The notes under the pieces: model-generated
Told to the model about the DNA's origin: nothing
Database searches by the model: none
The model's input: the letters and a program-made list of their open reading frames with translations, nothing else
Assembly (NCBI RefSeq): GCF_009914755.1
Contig: NC_060929.1
From: the human T2T-CHM13v2.0 reference genome, Homo sapiens
DNA length: 64,000 bases
Direction: 5' to 3' (one strand)
Shown: positions 34,359 through 47,360 of the stretch, in pieces
How the letters are laid out: every line of letters starts with the position of its first letter
Numbering within the stretch: the stretch's first letter is position 1
Program-made: the position numbers and the translations under genes

Positions 34359-36109
34359 GGTTCCACTTGGTTGAATTATGGTTAACCAAGGTTCTAGCAT
34401 TATATTTAGATTGCTGCATTGTCTCAAATTTTTAAATCATTCCTATTCTTTTTTTTTTCTAGACATACAGGATTTTTTTTCAGATATTAAGACTCTGTGT
34501 TTCTTACTACAAGACATGGAATGAAATAAGTTAGGAAATGAATTGTTTGTCTGCTGCCCTGAATTTTTTAGACCCTGCTGCCTGGCACAAGGATTATTTT
34601 CAGGGCTGCAGGTACATTTTTTGAAATGTCTGCTCCATTTTGAAAACATCTTGGAGAAATAAAATGAGCAACATTACTCAAATACATAACCCAAAACATA
34701 ACATTTCCAAAAACCTTATTATACACATTTTGGCACAGTAGTGCTTATCCAATTAAGTATATTCACAACCAAGACACTCTCTCCTCTTCTCTCACTTCTC
34801 CAAGTGAATTCCTCTATATGAATAAATGAACAAATGTATTAGAGATTCACAGTTGATGTAACAGACAATTTTGGAAGATTTTCCATGAGCTAAAAGGAAG
34901 ATATATGGAACAAAGGCTTAGCAATCTCTGAATTGTCAGCAGTATTTAGGACTTCAGTCTTGTTTTAATACTGTGCCTTTTCAGGAGTTTCAAATTCACT
35001 GTGCATAATTGGAGGTGGTGTTACTTCCCATAAATCAGACTCAAGGTAAAGTGAGTTAGAGTAACTTATCATGCACCTAATTTTATTTAAAAGGTCTTTA
35101 CATTCTCAAGGAGTATTTCACATATTTTGCTTTTATTTCTTTTTAGACTTGAGAACAAAAAATATAGAGGTTACTAGCCACCTTGGTAAAATCTTAGGAT
35201 AGGAATTTTAGAATCAAATATACACAGTTATGTGTTCCTCATGTAACTCATTCTAATGTTGAAATTTGGAATGAGTTAACTTACATACAAGTCTCAGAGG
35301 ACTTAATACTTCTATTATAATTTCTATTATAAATAAATTCTTGATTTTGAAGTCTGGTTCATTTGTAGTTGGTATGTTCTGTGTTTGTTATTAGAATATA
35401 TCTAGGAAGATGACCATATGAGACAAATTACAATTGAAAGTTTATAAACAGTAATTGCAGAAATTGTCCTCACCACTTGCTGATAGTCTGCACTAATGGT
35501 ACTACTAGTGAATCCAATAAGGGCAATTGGATTTTCTTGGATACTTGAAATTTATTATGTGGGTATCTTACCTGTGCCTTATTAGGTAACAAGAAAATTT
35601 ATATTAAGTTCTGTGTCTCCTCTAACTCCTGTCTCAAAAGAAGGAGGTGAAATCACCTAAACACGTTGTTTGAGATAGTGTTTTTCTGTTGTGAAAGGTC
35701 CAGCTGAGATTATGGGAAAAGTGAAGAAAGAGATTTCTACTTGTTGTATTTAAGGGACAGGCTGTTAAGCACCCTCTCAAGCCAACTGATGGAAAAATAA
35801 TCACATTGATTTGTGGTTGTAAATTGTCTTCCTCTTACTTATCGAAATCTTTTTTTATTTGGGGTTTGATGTATCTGTACATATACCTTACAAAACTCAA
35901 AAAATTAGAATCCACCATTCAAAATCTAGGGTTTGGCTGACTGATCTTAGGGCAATGATCTCCTTTGACAAAGACTTACTGAGTAACAAGAATTCACACC
36001 AATGAGTTGAAAGGAGCAGACTTGGGGGAATTCTCATTAAAATCTCCCTTTCTTTTCTGAGAGACCATTCAGGGATGGCTTCCTCTTTGTTACTCATCTG
36101 GATAGGCTA

Positions 36110-36549
36110 GGTTATTAGTGGGTTACAAGAGCAAAGATTTATATACTTTTCACATTAATTTCTATCACAAGTGTGATGGGAGTTCCATGCTGTCCTCTCC
36201 CCAGGACATAGGCCAGCAGAACAGCCCCTATCTAGAACAATGTTTATCAATGTAGTGGAGAAAAATGTCCTTTAGAGCCCATACCCAGAAAAAACTCATA
36301 TCAATTCCATTCACATTGCACAAGCAAAAGTGAGCCATGTAACCACCTCAAACTTCAAGGGAGCAGGAAAATGCAAATCTACATGTGCCTTTAGAGCCCA
36401 CACCAAGGAGGGACCTCACATTAGTTCTATTCACACTGTACTAGCAAAGGTGATCATCTCTAACGTCAAGGGAGCAGGGGTATGCAAATCTGTATGTGCT
36501 GGGGAAGAAACCAGAAATATTTGTTGGTCAAAATTAATGACCATCGCAG
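36110..36549 (-). mobile_element. Old MLT1-type LTR with a ~119-bp internal tandem duplication
   Basis: The motif aacttcaagggagcagga..atgcaaatc occurs twice. Ends ccagaaatatttgttggtcaaaattaatgaccatcgca. Confidence 0.65.
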
Positions 36550-36639
36550 TCTTCCTCTGAGCATTATCCTCTGAAGTACTAAATACCACTGTCAATTCAG
36601 AGACTGGTAAGCCCTTGTTCCCTATATCTTCCTTTTAAT

Positions 36640-36750
36640 CTGTCTTATGTCTGGATTTCCAGTCTTTTGAGCTGATTAATTTCCAAGTGTTTACAGCAAT
36701 CTCAGTTGAGTTTTCTGCAACTTGCAGCCAAAGTTACCTAACTGATACAT
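36640..36750 (+). mobile_element. MaLR/ERVL LTR 3' end fragment
   Basis: gagttttctgcaacttgcagccaaagttacctaactgataca. Confidence 0.55.
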
Positions 36751-37521
36751 ATTTATTATGAAATGCTTTTTGAGTAAATATCACCAGCCAGTCCCAGTTC
36801 TAGAGAGAGAGAGCATACTATTGTTTATGATTCAGGCCAAATCCCTGCCCTTGGGATCTTACATTCCAATGAGATTTACTTCTGAGAACATCTGAGTAGT
36901 AAAAGTAAAATGGAAGCTCTGCCCACATGCAGTGTACAACTCAGATATGCTTCAGTAGAGCACATTTTCCTTTCTATCATATATAAAATCCCTAGAAATA
37001 AACAAAAGAGAACTCATTATATCTCATTCAGAAACTGCCTGGAAAGGCAGATGCCTGCTGTTTATTTCCTGGCTTTGGACTCTGGTCTATGTGGGGATTG
37101 GTCACTGGGTACCTGGCTATCTCTTCAAATTCTGCTTTGAGTGTCACAGAGAAGCAATGAAGTTTCAGTGGCAGTCTATGCAATATTATAAGCTCTATCT
37201 GGGGTATATTTTTGATCCGTTCTGAATTATGTTTTACAACTCTAAAGGCCAAATGAAAGTCGAATTGAAGGTTATTGTTTTTAGTTTTTAAGAGCATAGA
37301 AATTCAGTAGTGTGAGTTTAGCAGAGAGTAAGGAGAGAGTGAGTCAGGAAGTAGACTTGAGTGGAGGACCAAGACTCCCTTGCATTTTCCAGGTCTACTG
37401 TGCCAAGCTCTATCGATTCTTACTTTGCTTGACCTGATTTACTAGCACCACCCTGGCCTCAACTTCCTTCAAATATATCAGCATTCACAGGAATGCTGGA
37501 AACAGGAATCACGAATCCATC

Positions 37522-37832
37522 TGTATTCAGTTGTCCTTGTGTTGCCATAAAGGAATGCCCAAGGCTGAGTAATTTATAAAGAAAAGAGGTTTAATTGGCT
37601 CACAGTTTTGCAGACTATACAAGTATGGTGCCAGCATCTGCTTGGCTTCTGGGGATGCCTCATAGCTCAGTGCTGTTCACCTGATAGTGAGTGAATTCAA
37701 ATGCGATCTGGTTGTTTAGAAATGTGTGTGTCTCCTCCCCCTCTTTCTTGCTCCTGATCTGCCTGTGTGATATGCCTGCTCCTACTTCACCATCCACCAT
37801 GAGTAAAAGTTTCTTGAGTTCTGGTGGGGATA
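37522..37832 (-). mobile_element. MSTA LTR with an internal inversion and deletion
   Basis: 37522-37662 is the reverse 3' end (gtaatttataaagaaaagaggtttaattggctcacag). 37663-37818 is the middle part in forward orientation (gatctggttgtttagaaatgtgtg...ccaccatgagtaaaagtttcttgag). Confidence 0.85.
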
Positions 37833-38901
37833 TGCTTTTCCTAACATCCATTTAATAACTCTATGCTTTATTTTATCACAGTAATTTTCATACTTTGAGA
37901 AGTTTGCCTATTCACATATTTCAGTCCCCATAGTATTGGGAGCTCCTCGAGGGGTTAGATTAGGTGTGCTTTGATTGATTTCCACAATTTGGTCTGGATA
38001 GAATTTAAAGTAACTTGTAAATGTGAATCTGTGAAAGATAACACAAGCCTAATTTAGTATACAGAAGGAGAAAAAAAACAAAAATGTAAAATATTACTAG
38101 AAATGAGACTTAAAATGCAAGACACAGTGCAGTGTTCTGAGAATGCCAAATGGGTTTCAGCCATTGTTCCAACTTTCACTGTTTGGTAGCAATTTCCAGA
38201 AGGGCTATGTTGCAAAGGATTCTGAGGCCACATTTCATGGGTAATAGTACTGTGTTTGATTTGTGGCATCTGCATTGGAGACTGAAGAGGGATTTATGAC
38301 TCATAATTTGCCATTCATGGTCTATATATTTGCTTAAGGATGCATGAAAAATTTGGGTCTAAACTCTTGGTAAAAGAGAAAAAAAAGGTCAGTTGTACAA
38401 ATTATAGTTCCCCCAATAAAAAAACACACATAATGTTTAGAGGGAAGCACAGGTTTTTTTTGTAGTCTCACTGAGATGGAATCTTTCTTGACAATCATCA
38501 TGAAGTGGACATTTTGGTATAATGAACATCATACACGACAACATTCTAAAAAGGGGATACAGTGACAAAATTTATAGTGTTATTTTTTTCTCACTAACCC
38601 TAGATAACAATCAGGGAAACTCTATCTAGTACAATTCATTAAAAATAACCCTTGGTATGACCAGTATGATATAGTATATGCATTCTCTTCTCCACCTATC
38701 TAGGTAGATTCAAAAAATATATGGAGGAATAGAAAAAAAATGAATATACTTCAAACAGTCTTCCATGAAAACTCCTACTTCCAGATAATTTCTGATACAT
38801 AATTTAATATTTTGATACAACAAGCTTAATATTATATGTCAAGAAGACTAGTCCCTAAAGTTCAGCTATTCTATTTGGCCAGATAATTATAGAAAATAGC
38901 A

Positions 38902-39217
<316 letters not shown>

Positions 39218-39220
39218 TCA

Positions 39221-39778
39221 TATTGGGTTTTTCAGAATCAATAAGAGATATAGGAGATAGATTAGATAGATAGATAGATAGATAGATAATGTACATACAT
39301 GCATATATACATAGATAAATAGAAATATAGATAAGAAGATATTTATTATAGGAATTGGCTTATGTGGTTCTGGAGGCTGGGAAGTCCCATGGTCTGCCAT
39401 CTGCAAGCTGGAGATCCAAGAAAGCCAGTGGTTCATGTAATTCAATCTCAGTCCAAAAGTCTGATAATCTGGAGAGGTAATGATGAAAGAAGTCTATGTC
39501 TGAGTCCAAAAGCCCAAGAACCAGCAGCACCAAAGTCTGAGGGTAGGAGAAGATGAATGTCTCAACTCCTACCCTTCCCCCTACTTCTTTGGTCTATACA
39601 GGACTTCAGTGGATGATGTCCACCCACACTGAAGAGGGCCATCTTCTTTACTTAGTTTATCAATTCAGTGCTAATCTCTTCCAGAAACACCCTCACAAGC
39701 ACAACTGGAAATAATGTTTTACCAGTTATCTCAGCATGCCTTAGCCTATCAAGTTGACACTTAAAATTACCCATCATA
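39221..39778 (-). mobile_element. MLT2 (MLT2D-like) solo LTR containing (GATA)n at ~39255-39288
   Basis: ttataggaattggcttatgtggttctggaggctgggaagtccc...tctcttccagaaacaccctcaca...caagttgacacttaaaattacccatca. Confidence 0.88.
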
Positions 39779-39799
39779 TAATTACCCATCATAATAAAA

Positions 39800-40045
39800 A
39801 TTATAATATCTGACATCTGTTGAGCACTTACTCTATACCACAAACTCTGCTCAGCTCTTTACCTACATTACATTTTATTTATCTATTATAAAAATTAGTT
39901 TATTATAAAGTAAATCACTAAAAAAAGTGACCTTTTTCAAAAGAGAAAATTACTAGTGTTAAGATTAAAGCATTTTCACTAAAGCTCAAGTAGTAAATGG
40001 GGAGACCCTTTGAGTCCAAGGTCTATAATATTGACGTGGCCAATT
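39800..40045 (-). mobile_element. MIR SINE
   Basis: tgacatctgttgagcacttactctataccacaaactctgctcagctctttac. Confidence 0.55.
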
Positions 40046-40729
40046 CTACCAATAAACATGCTTCAGAAAAAAAAAGTGAGCTATAAGTACAACTGTAACT
40101 ATCTTAAGAAATACTAGCCGCCTAGTTGGAATTATTTTAAAAGTTAGTCATCCCAGCTTCAATGTAGTATGGGTCTTTGTCTTTTCTGTTCCATCTTCAA
40201 GTTCCCAGTAATCAGCACAAGAAAGTACTCAAAAATAGTATTGGAATTAATCATGTCAGTGAAGCAATTAAAGACTAGAAATTTTTGAAAATCATTTTTG
40301 TGCAGATGGACACAGTTGACTGAATATTCTTTCAGTCAAACAAATTAGTTACGTATTCTATCTGCCCACTTTCCAAGATAGTTTCCTATATGGGTAATAT
40401 ATTTAATATTAGCTTTAAAACTATTGTCTAAACATCCTCTTTTTTTGCCTCAAATATTGCAGGGAAATACATCTACCTCCTCCATTAGATTATAAGGGAT
40501 TTAGTTAAGGATAAAGGGAATTTCATATAAAGGGTATTTTTAAGCACAAAGTGTCTGATTTTTCTCTTCATTTGACAATTAGGCATACACCCAGAATTAG
40601 TGCCAACTTTAAAGTGGGATTTTTTTTTTCCCACATAGTAATCTGAGGCAGGTAATTCAGCAGGGTGCAAAATAAAGTCATGTTTACTTGATCACTAGGC
40701 TTCTAACCATTTCCAGTAAAGATTCTAGG

Positions 40730-41034
<305 letters not shown>

Positions 41035-42719
41035 GTTCTAGGAACAAGAAAATTATATTTTACTTCACAGAAATTTATTGGTGAGAAATTAATTAAAAGT
41101 AGTTGAACTCAATCAAAAGATGAAAAAGTTGATTAAAGTGAGTCGAGGGACTACCCCAATCTCTAAAGAAGACATTGTGACTAGCGCACATTTGTCCTAA
41201 TTTTTTTTTTTTTTTTTTTGGCATGTGCCACCTTCAGAGATGGAATTCTAGTTTTATCCACCATGGATTGACCTAAGATGATACTTTTATTTCCTCACAT
41301 TTAGCTTGAATTTCCACATAAATATTTCAGTGGTCATTTGATGTTTTCCTCTTTTATAATCATTTTCTCTTTTTTCTTCCTAGCAGTACTCCAAATTTCC
41401 CAGCTATATAAATGAGTGGAATTGATTTCACTGCTAGTTTTATAATTTAATTGAAATTTTCTTAAGGTAATTAGCCTTTTATCTTCCTGGCAACAGCAAT
41501 AAACTCAGACATGGGCACAAGACACAAAAATAGGTTAATTCAAAGTCAGCGAAACTCAGTTAAAGGTGTTTAGCTATGGAAAAAAAGATTGTTTCTTCCC
41601 TATATGGACTTTGACAAAAAAATATGGAACAGTTAATATGCTGATAGTCATCTTGAGATCATGTGGAAGAGGTTTGCTGAGAAAGAAGATGGTTCTGAGA
41701 AAGTATTGCTGAGAAATGGTGAGGATGAGGATGGGGAGATAGTGAGAAAGAAAGTCCTGTTGTGTCCTTTTTACAGCTGCATTGAGGCTATTTTCACTCC
41801 TAAAATCATCAGCTACTTAAACCAGTTTCACGTATGTATGTGTATATTGCATGTGTCTAGGAACTTCAAGCCCCAAGCTCTCCTTATTGGGAGTTTGTGG
41901 GTTTTATTTTCAACTCATGTTTTGCAACAGAAAAAAATAAATATGAGAGATAACTTTAGTTTATACTTTAATGTGAAACTAAAATAACTATTTCTTTATT
42001 TTAAGCTGTATCCTCACAATGCTGCAATCTGTTGCTTTCTTCCTAATTTTTTTCCAACAAATCACTTGAAGTCTTATTAATATTCATTAGTATCTCAGAA
42101 ATAAAACTTCAGAATATTTGAAGAGTCAACTACATTAAATTGTCCCCCCAAATTTCCATCAAGTAAAGTGATAAAAATAAGGAATAAGATTTTTAAAGGT
42201 CTTATTCTCTTTCTTCGTTATCCTTTAGAAAGATACTCATAGAGGACAAAATAGAACTGTGTGTACAAATACACAAATTAGTCTAATTTGAAATGAACGG
42301 AAAGAGCCTAGCAAAAGAAAGTGTGAATGAGATACCGAAAAATTGGCTGCCACAGCCAGCACTTTGCCATACATAGGGCTTTGCAGTCAATTTGAATACA
42401 TCTGCATATGGAAAACAAAATTACCTAGATTAATTTAATTTATGAAATATATTCCTTTCTCAATTTTACAAATTTTTGCTTAAATAAAAATTACAAAGCT
42501 TGTCAATAAAATAAAGTTAGAACAAAGATCATGGTCTAATGGAGTTTGTAATATGTCCATTTTGTATATGAGTAAGCTGTACAAAATGGAGCAAATCGGG
42601 AAAAGTGAGAACTGAAATAGTCACCAGTGCTGAATTATATATATGGACGAGTAGTTCTGTTCCTAAAGAGGCAGCAACACAGAAAAGCTAACCTTTGTTT
42701 TTCTTAGACAATATCTGGT

Positions 42720-42950
42720 GGTGCTTAGGAACACTCATTTTGGAGACAGATAAAGCAGGGCTTGAATCTCCACTCTTACTTTTCACATCTGTGTGACCTC
42801 TCCGGTATTTTGCCATCTGTAAATTGGAAATAAAAATGGCATTTCCCATGTCGGTTTGTTGAGAAGATTAAAAGAGACAATTCACAGAAACTGTTTGCAT
42901 CAAACACTGAATGAAGATTTAGAAGCATATCTTGGTGACTATGAATTATT
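42720..42950 (+). mobile_element. MIR SINE
   Basis: ttttggagacagataaagcagggcttgaatctcc...ccatctgtaaattggaaataaaaat...gttgagaagattaaaagagacaat. Confidence 0.75.
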
Positions 42951-43114
42951 AGGCTCAAAATTATAGAAAGATGTCAAAGGAAAGACCACCTGTGAAAGGA
43001 AAGCAAATGTGAACAGATAATTCCATCCATTTACTAATTCATTGTATGTATATTTATTAAGACAATGGGTTCTAGAGTAATTCTCTCTGAATTTAAATCT
43101 CAATTCTTCTACCA

Positions 43115-44110
43115 AATATTATTTTATTATAAAATATACATACAAAAATATATAAACTGCTTATTGTACACACACAAACATACAGGTAAAAAAGTATTAA
43201 TAAACAAAGAATAACTTTAGCAACTGTGATCCATCAATCAGATTACATATGAAAGCATACCAGTATATATTCTCTCTGTGCCCCTCTCTAATTATATAGC
43301 TCACCTCCCTCCTCAGAGGCAATGAATAACCTAATGTTATATATTTCTTTTCTTTCCTTTATGGTTTTGCCTCTAATATATCAATTATGTATTATAGTCT
43401 ATCTATCCCTCTATCTATCTATCTATCTATCTCCTACCTACATTTCTATCTATATTATCCCCTTTAATATGTTGATTATATATTAGTATACCTAATCACT
43501 ATATTATTCATTGTTTCTACTTTGAACTTTATATAATAGTGTATGTAGTTTACTAACATTTTGATGTACTTTTATTTTTGAGTTTTATTCTTGTAGATCT
43601 ATGAATGAAGCCATATTTCATTAATTTTCACTGGTATATAATATTTCTGTGTATTGACAAAATTGTATTTTGTCTATTCTACAGTTGATAGGCATTACTT
43701 TTTTTGTTTTTAGCTATTATAAGCAATTATAAACAATGCTGCTGTGAATATGCAAGCACATGTCTCCGGGACACATGGGCAAAAGCTTCTCTAAGGTCTA
43801 CTTGGTGGTAGAATCACTATGTCAGATATACTAGTTAATGCCCAAACTATGTCACAGTAGTTGTAACAAATGACTTTTCATATTCTCAGTGTATAAGAAT
43901 CTTATTTGCCCTAGCCTCACCAATACCTGATATTGCTGGACTTGATTTATTTATATTTTTGATGGTGTAGGGGAGTGGAAGGTGGAGCAATGAGTTGAGC
44001 ATGAAATAATACCCCAGAGTAATTTTATTTTCATTTCCTAACAACTAATGTGGTTGACCATCTTTTAACATTATCTTAGTCATCTGTGTTTCCTCTTCTG
44101 TGAAATACCT
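43115..44110 (-). mobile_element. L1ME-type 3' region containing (ATCT)n at ~43397-43452
   Basis: tctattctacagttgataggcatt...aaacaatgctgctgtgaatat...actaatgtggttgaccatctttt...cctcttctgtgaaatacctgtt. Confidence 0.75.
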
Positions 44111-45005
44111 GTTGCTATCTCTGTTCCTCTCCCAGCAAAAATCAGCTATTCTCTGCTAAGTTTTGTGGCACTTTGCACTACACATGCAAACCCAATCAAG
44201 AACCCATGATAGGCCCCCTTGCAGAATTGTGGGGTTCCTTTTATATATCTCCCCTTTTCCTGTAACCATCCTTAATTTCCAGCTCACCTGTTAGTCCTGA
44301 ACCCAATATCTGATTTGTTAGTTTGTGTGCCTCTTCCTGCATCACAGAAGGAAAAGTGAGACTTACCTATATGTTTCCCTTTTTCTTTGTCAAGGACCAC
44401 AGGGATTATATTTCTGCTTCTCCTATACCTGTTGTCCAATGGCAGAAAATAGTCATTTGGTTTAGTTTTATAGTTTTTGTTATAGTTTAATACTCACTCT
44501 TTTATTATGGTTGGACATGGAATTCCTAAATTTCAAGTATTTTCAAATTTGTACTATGAATTCTTCTTTGGCTTATGAGTTTCTTAAATTTTTCTTAAAT
44601 TTTCAAACGTGGGGTTTTTAAAAATTCTTTTTGTTGTTAAGTTCTAACTTCATAGCATTATTATTTTTGAATATGGTCTTTACTGTAACGATCCTTTCAA
44701 ATTTTATGAAGTTAGCACAAGGGTAGAAGACATAGTCAATTTTCTTAAGTGCTTGAGAAGAATATGTATTTTCCATTTTTAAGTGTAATACTCTATTCCA
44801 TCCCATAGATCAAACTTTTTATTATACTCTTAAGAAGTTCACTAATCTTACTAGACTTTCTATTTAATGTACCATTTATAGAGACATGTGAAAATATGTT
44901 ACTATGTGGGTGAATGTTCTACTTTTTCTTTATAGGTCTATTAACCTTTTCCATCTTATAATCCAAGGCAATAATATTAGGTCCATGTGAGTTTTAAATT
45001 GTTCT
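44110..45005 (-). mobile_element. Ancient L1M pieces (5'-end relic and ORF2 endonuclease relic)
   Basis: ORF 44618-44806 reads ..ENTYSSQALKKIDYV..IFKNNNAMKLELNNK, resembling L1 EN. 44400-44520 resembles the L1M 5' end also seen at 18450. Confidence 0.55.
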
Positions 45006-45345
45006 TGTGGAGTTTGGGAACTGGATATTTATTGGAGATCAACACCTGTACAGAGAGAGAGAGGAAAAAGGATTGTGCAAAGAAAAAACTCAAATTGCAA
45101 TGCAGGACCAACAAAGCCTAGAAGAAGCTGGCAGCAAGCATTTCCTTCAGAGTATCCTACATCAGACTCAAATGACCAAGCCTTTAAGCACCACCTTCTC
45201 GAGTCACCAAATGCAGGCTGCCCTGAGAAGAGAGGGGCTGTTTGTATCTGAAGTAGACACGCCACTGAATGGTCTCCACTGACTGCATTTCCTAGAGACA
45301 GGCAGCAAGTCCCTCTTTGCTGTGGGGTCTGGGGAGTCTGTCTCT
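45006..45345 (-). mobile_element. LTR16-like ERVL LTR
   Basis: gatcaacacctgt...aggattgtgcaaagaaaaaactcaaattgcaatgcaggaccaacaaagcct. Abuts ERVL internal sequence. Confidence 0.55.
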
Positions 45346-45804
45346 ATGTTCTTGTCATTGTGCAGTGAAATTCACTTCTCCATGTATTGTTGAGAAGCAA
45401 TTTCTTCTCCAAGACTCAACTGGGCTTTCTTTCTGGGGAGAAACTTAGGAGAGAGAGGTATGTTGGGACAAACTACAGCTTCCACAGCTTCAGTGAATCT
45501 GGTTTCTGGACTGCAGTGGATATTCATTGTTTCCTCTCTTCACCATCCATTCTAAATTCACCTTGCCCTCAGCTACCACCTCTGTTGACCTCACTGCCTT
45601 ACCTGGTAGAGGTGGCTCAGATCTTATTTTTGAGGTTTCCAAACCCCCGGTCACCAAGTCCTTCTTAGGGTTGTTGCATGTCTCCATTTATACTCACAAA
45701 TGTGTAGGACAGTTGCAGGAGGCACACATGTGGATCACCTTGCTTTATTACTCTATTCTTTCCAATTGGGTAACAATATGTCTACACCCTCCTAATGATC
45801 CCGT

Positions 45805-46140
45805 CTACCACCCCTTCACGACAGTGACTATTTGCCTGTCGGTCCCTGGACACAAAGAGCTTGTAGTGCTCAGGGGGCCACCATAGCTTTTATTCAATGG
45901 AACTCTTACTGTGTTTGCAGGTAACAGTGCGCACCCTTTGGGGACCAAGATCTTCAATCCCATTGATCCATCAGTTTGGAGAAGCAGAGTCAATATATGG
46001 AAGTAGTGGAAATTAGAGCCACATTGTCTTCCACCCTTGCTTTTTGGATCCATGCATTCATTTTTTCCAACTGAGCTCACAGCTCTGTACAAATATCTTC
46101 ATTTCATGCATATACTGCATCCTGAAGGATAGCACCTGGA
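45805..46140 (-). pseudogene. ERVL integrase C-terminus plus dUTPase remnant
   Basis: YRAVSSVG resembles YGAVSPIA. GLKILVPKGCALLPANTVRVPLN resembles ERVL dUTPase GLEVLVPKGGMLPPGDTTMIPLN. dUTPase after IN is the ERV-L layout. Confidence 0.7.
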
Positions 46141-46350
46141 GAATAGCATTTATGCTTGCAGAGTTTTACTACTAATCTAGTGCTTCAGGTATTTCTTCAG
46201 CAGCTTGTTACACCTTATTATCAGCTTTTGGGTGATGCAGTCAGGGAATCCATGGTCATGAGCTCACCCCACACCTCCTTGGCAGTGAACAATGAATACC
46301 CTGGTCCAATGCAGTGTTATATTATAACAAATATAACTGGAGCAAATATC

Positions 46351-46506
46351 TTTTTTTTTTTTGAAATGGAGTCTCACTCAGCCACCCAGGCTATAGTGCA
46401 GTGGTGCAATCTCACCTCACTGCAATCACCGTCTCCTGGGTTCAAGCAGTTCTCCTGTCTCAGCCTCCAGAGTAGCTGGGATTACAGACACTCACCCATG
46501 CCAGGC

Positions 46507-46540
<34 letters not shown>

Positions 46541-46666
46541 TATTTTAGTAGAGACAGGGTTTCACAATGTTGGCCAGGCTGATCTTGATCTCCTTACCTC
46601 AGGTGATCCGCCCACCTTGTCCTCTCAAAGTGCTAGGATTACAGGCATGAGCCACCGCGCCTGGCC
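46351..46666 (-). mobile_element. AluSx-like with an expanded central linker (T31 at 46509-46539)
   Basis: TSD tggagcaaatatcttt / tggaacaaatatcttt. Confidence 0.95.
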
Positions 46667-47257
46667 TGGAACAAATATCTTTAAGCCCTCACATAGTAGT
46701 GCTGGTTGAGGTCTTTCATGCAGGAACAGAAAATCTATATTTGGAACATGTCTACATCTGCATATCACTGACACCTCCATTATGTACGTACCCCAATGAA
46801 GTCAATTTGCTCCAAGATGTACATGAGTCTCCTTGAGTCTGAAGATTCAGCATTAGTCTCTGTTTTGGCAGTTTGGACATTTACCAACAGCTATAACTAA
46901 ACCAGTCTTGGTAATCACAAGTTCATGTTGTTCTGACTTTGAAAAACTCTCATCTCTTATAATTTGGGCACTTTCATTCACATACCCATTGGGTTAGTAT
47001 TGGTGGAGAAACCTACAATAAAAATTGGTTGATGCCAACAGACTAGGGTAATTTTTCTACTTGGTTGTTTAGTACCTGTTTCATTTTACATCTGAAAGGT
47101 GTAGATACATTGTAAAATGGTCATCACATATTCTATCCACTCCCATATGTTCAATCCACATGGCTCTACTCTAGAATTTCTTGTTCCCAATATCCTGATC
47201 TTTTTCCTTCTAGATCCCTGACCATCTGGCCAGGCCATTTGTCATTTCCCTTGGGAC

Positions 47258-47269
47258 TCTATCTATCTA

Positions 47270-47331
<62 letters not shown>

Positions 47332-47360
47332 CATCCATCCATCTATCCATCCATCCATCC
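47258..47360. repeat. Compound tetranucleotide STR (TCTA)3(TCTG)3(TCTA)12(TCCA)3TCTA(TCCA)3
   Basis: Counted directly. Confidence 0.97.

Noticed and set aside
41661-41987. 108-aa ORF with a charged N-terminus in non-repeat sequence
   Set aside because: No recognisable domain or splice context. The composition is explained by a purine-rich tract and the length is within chance expectation.
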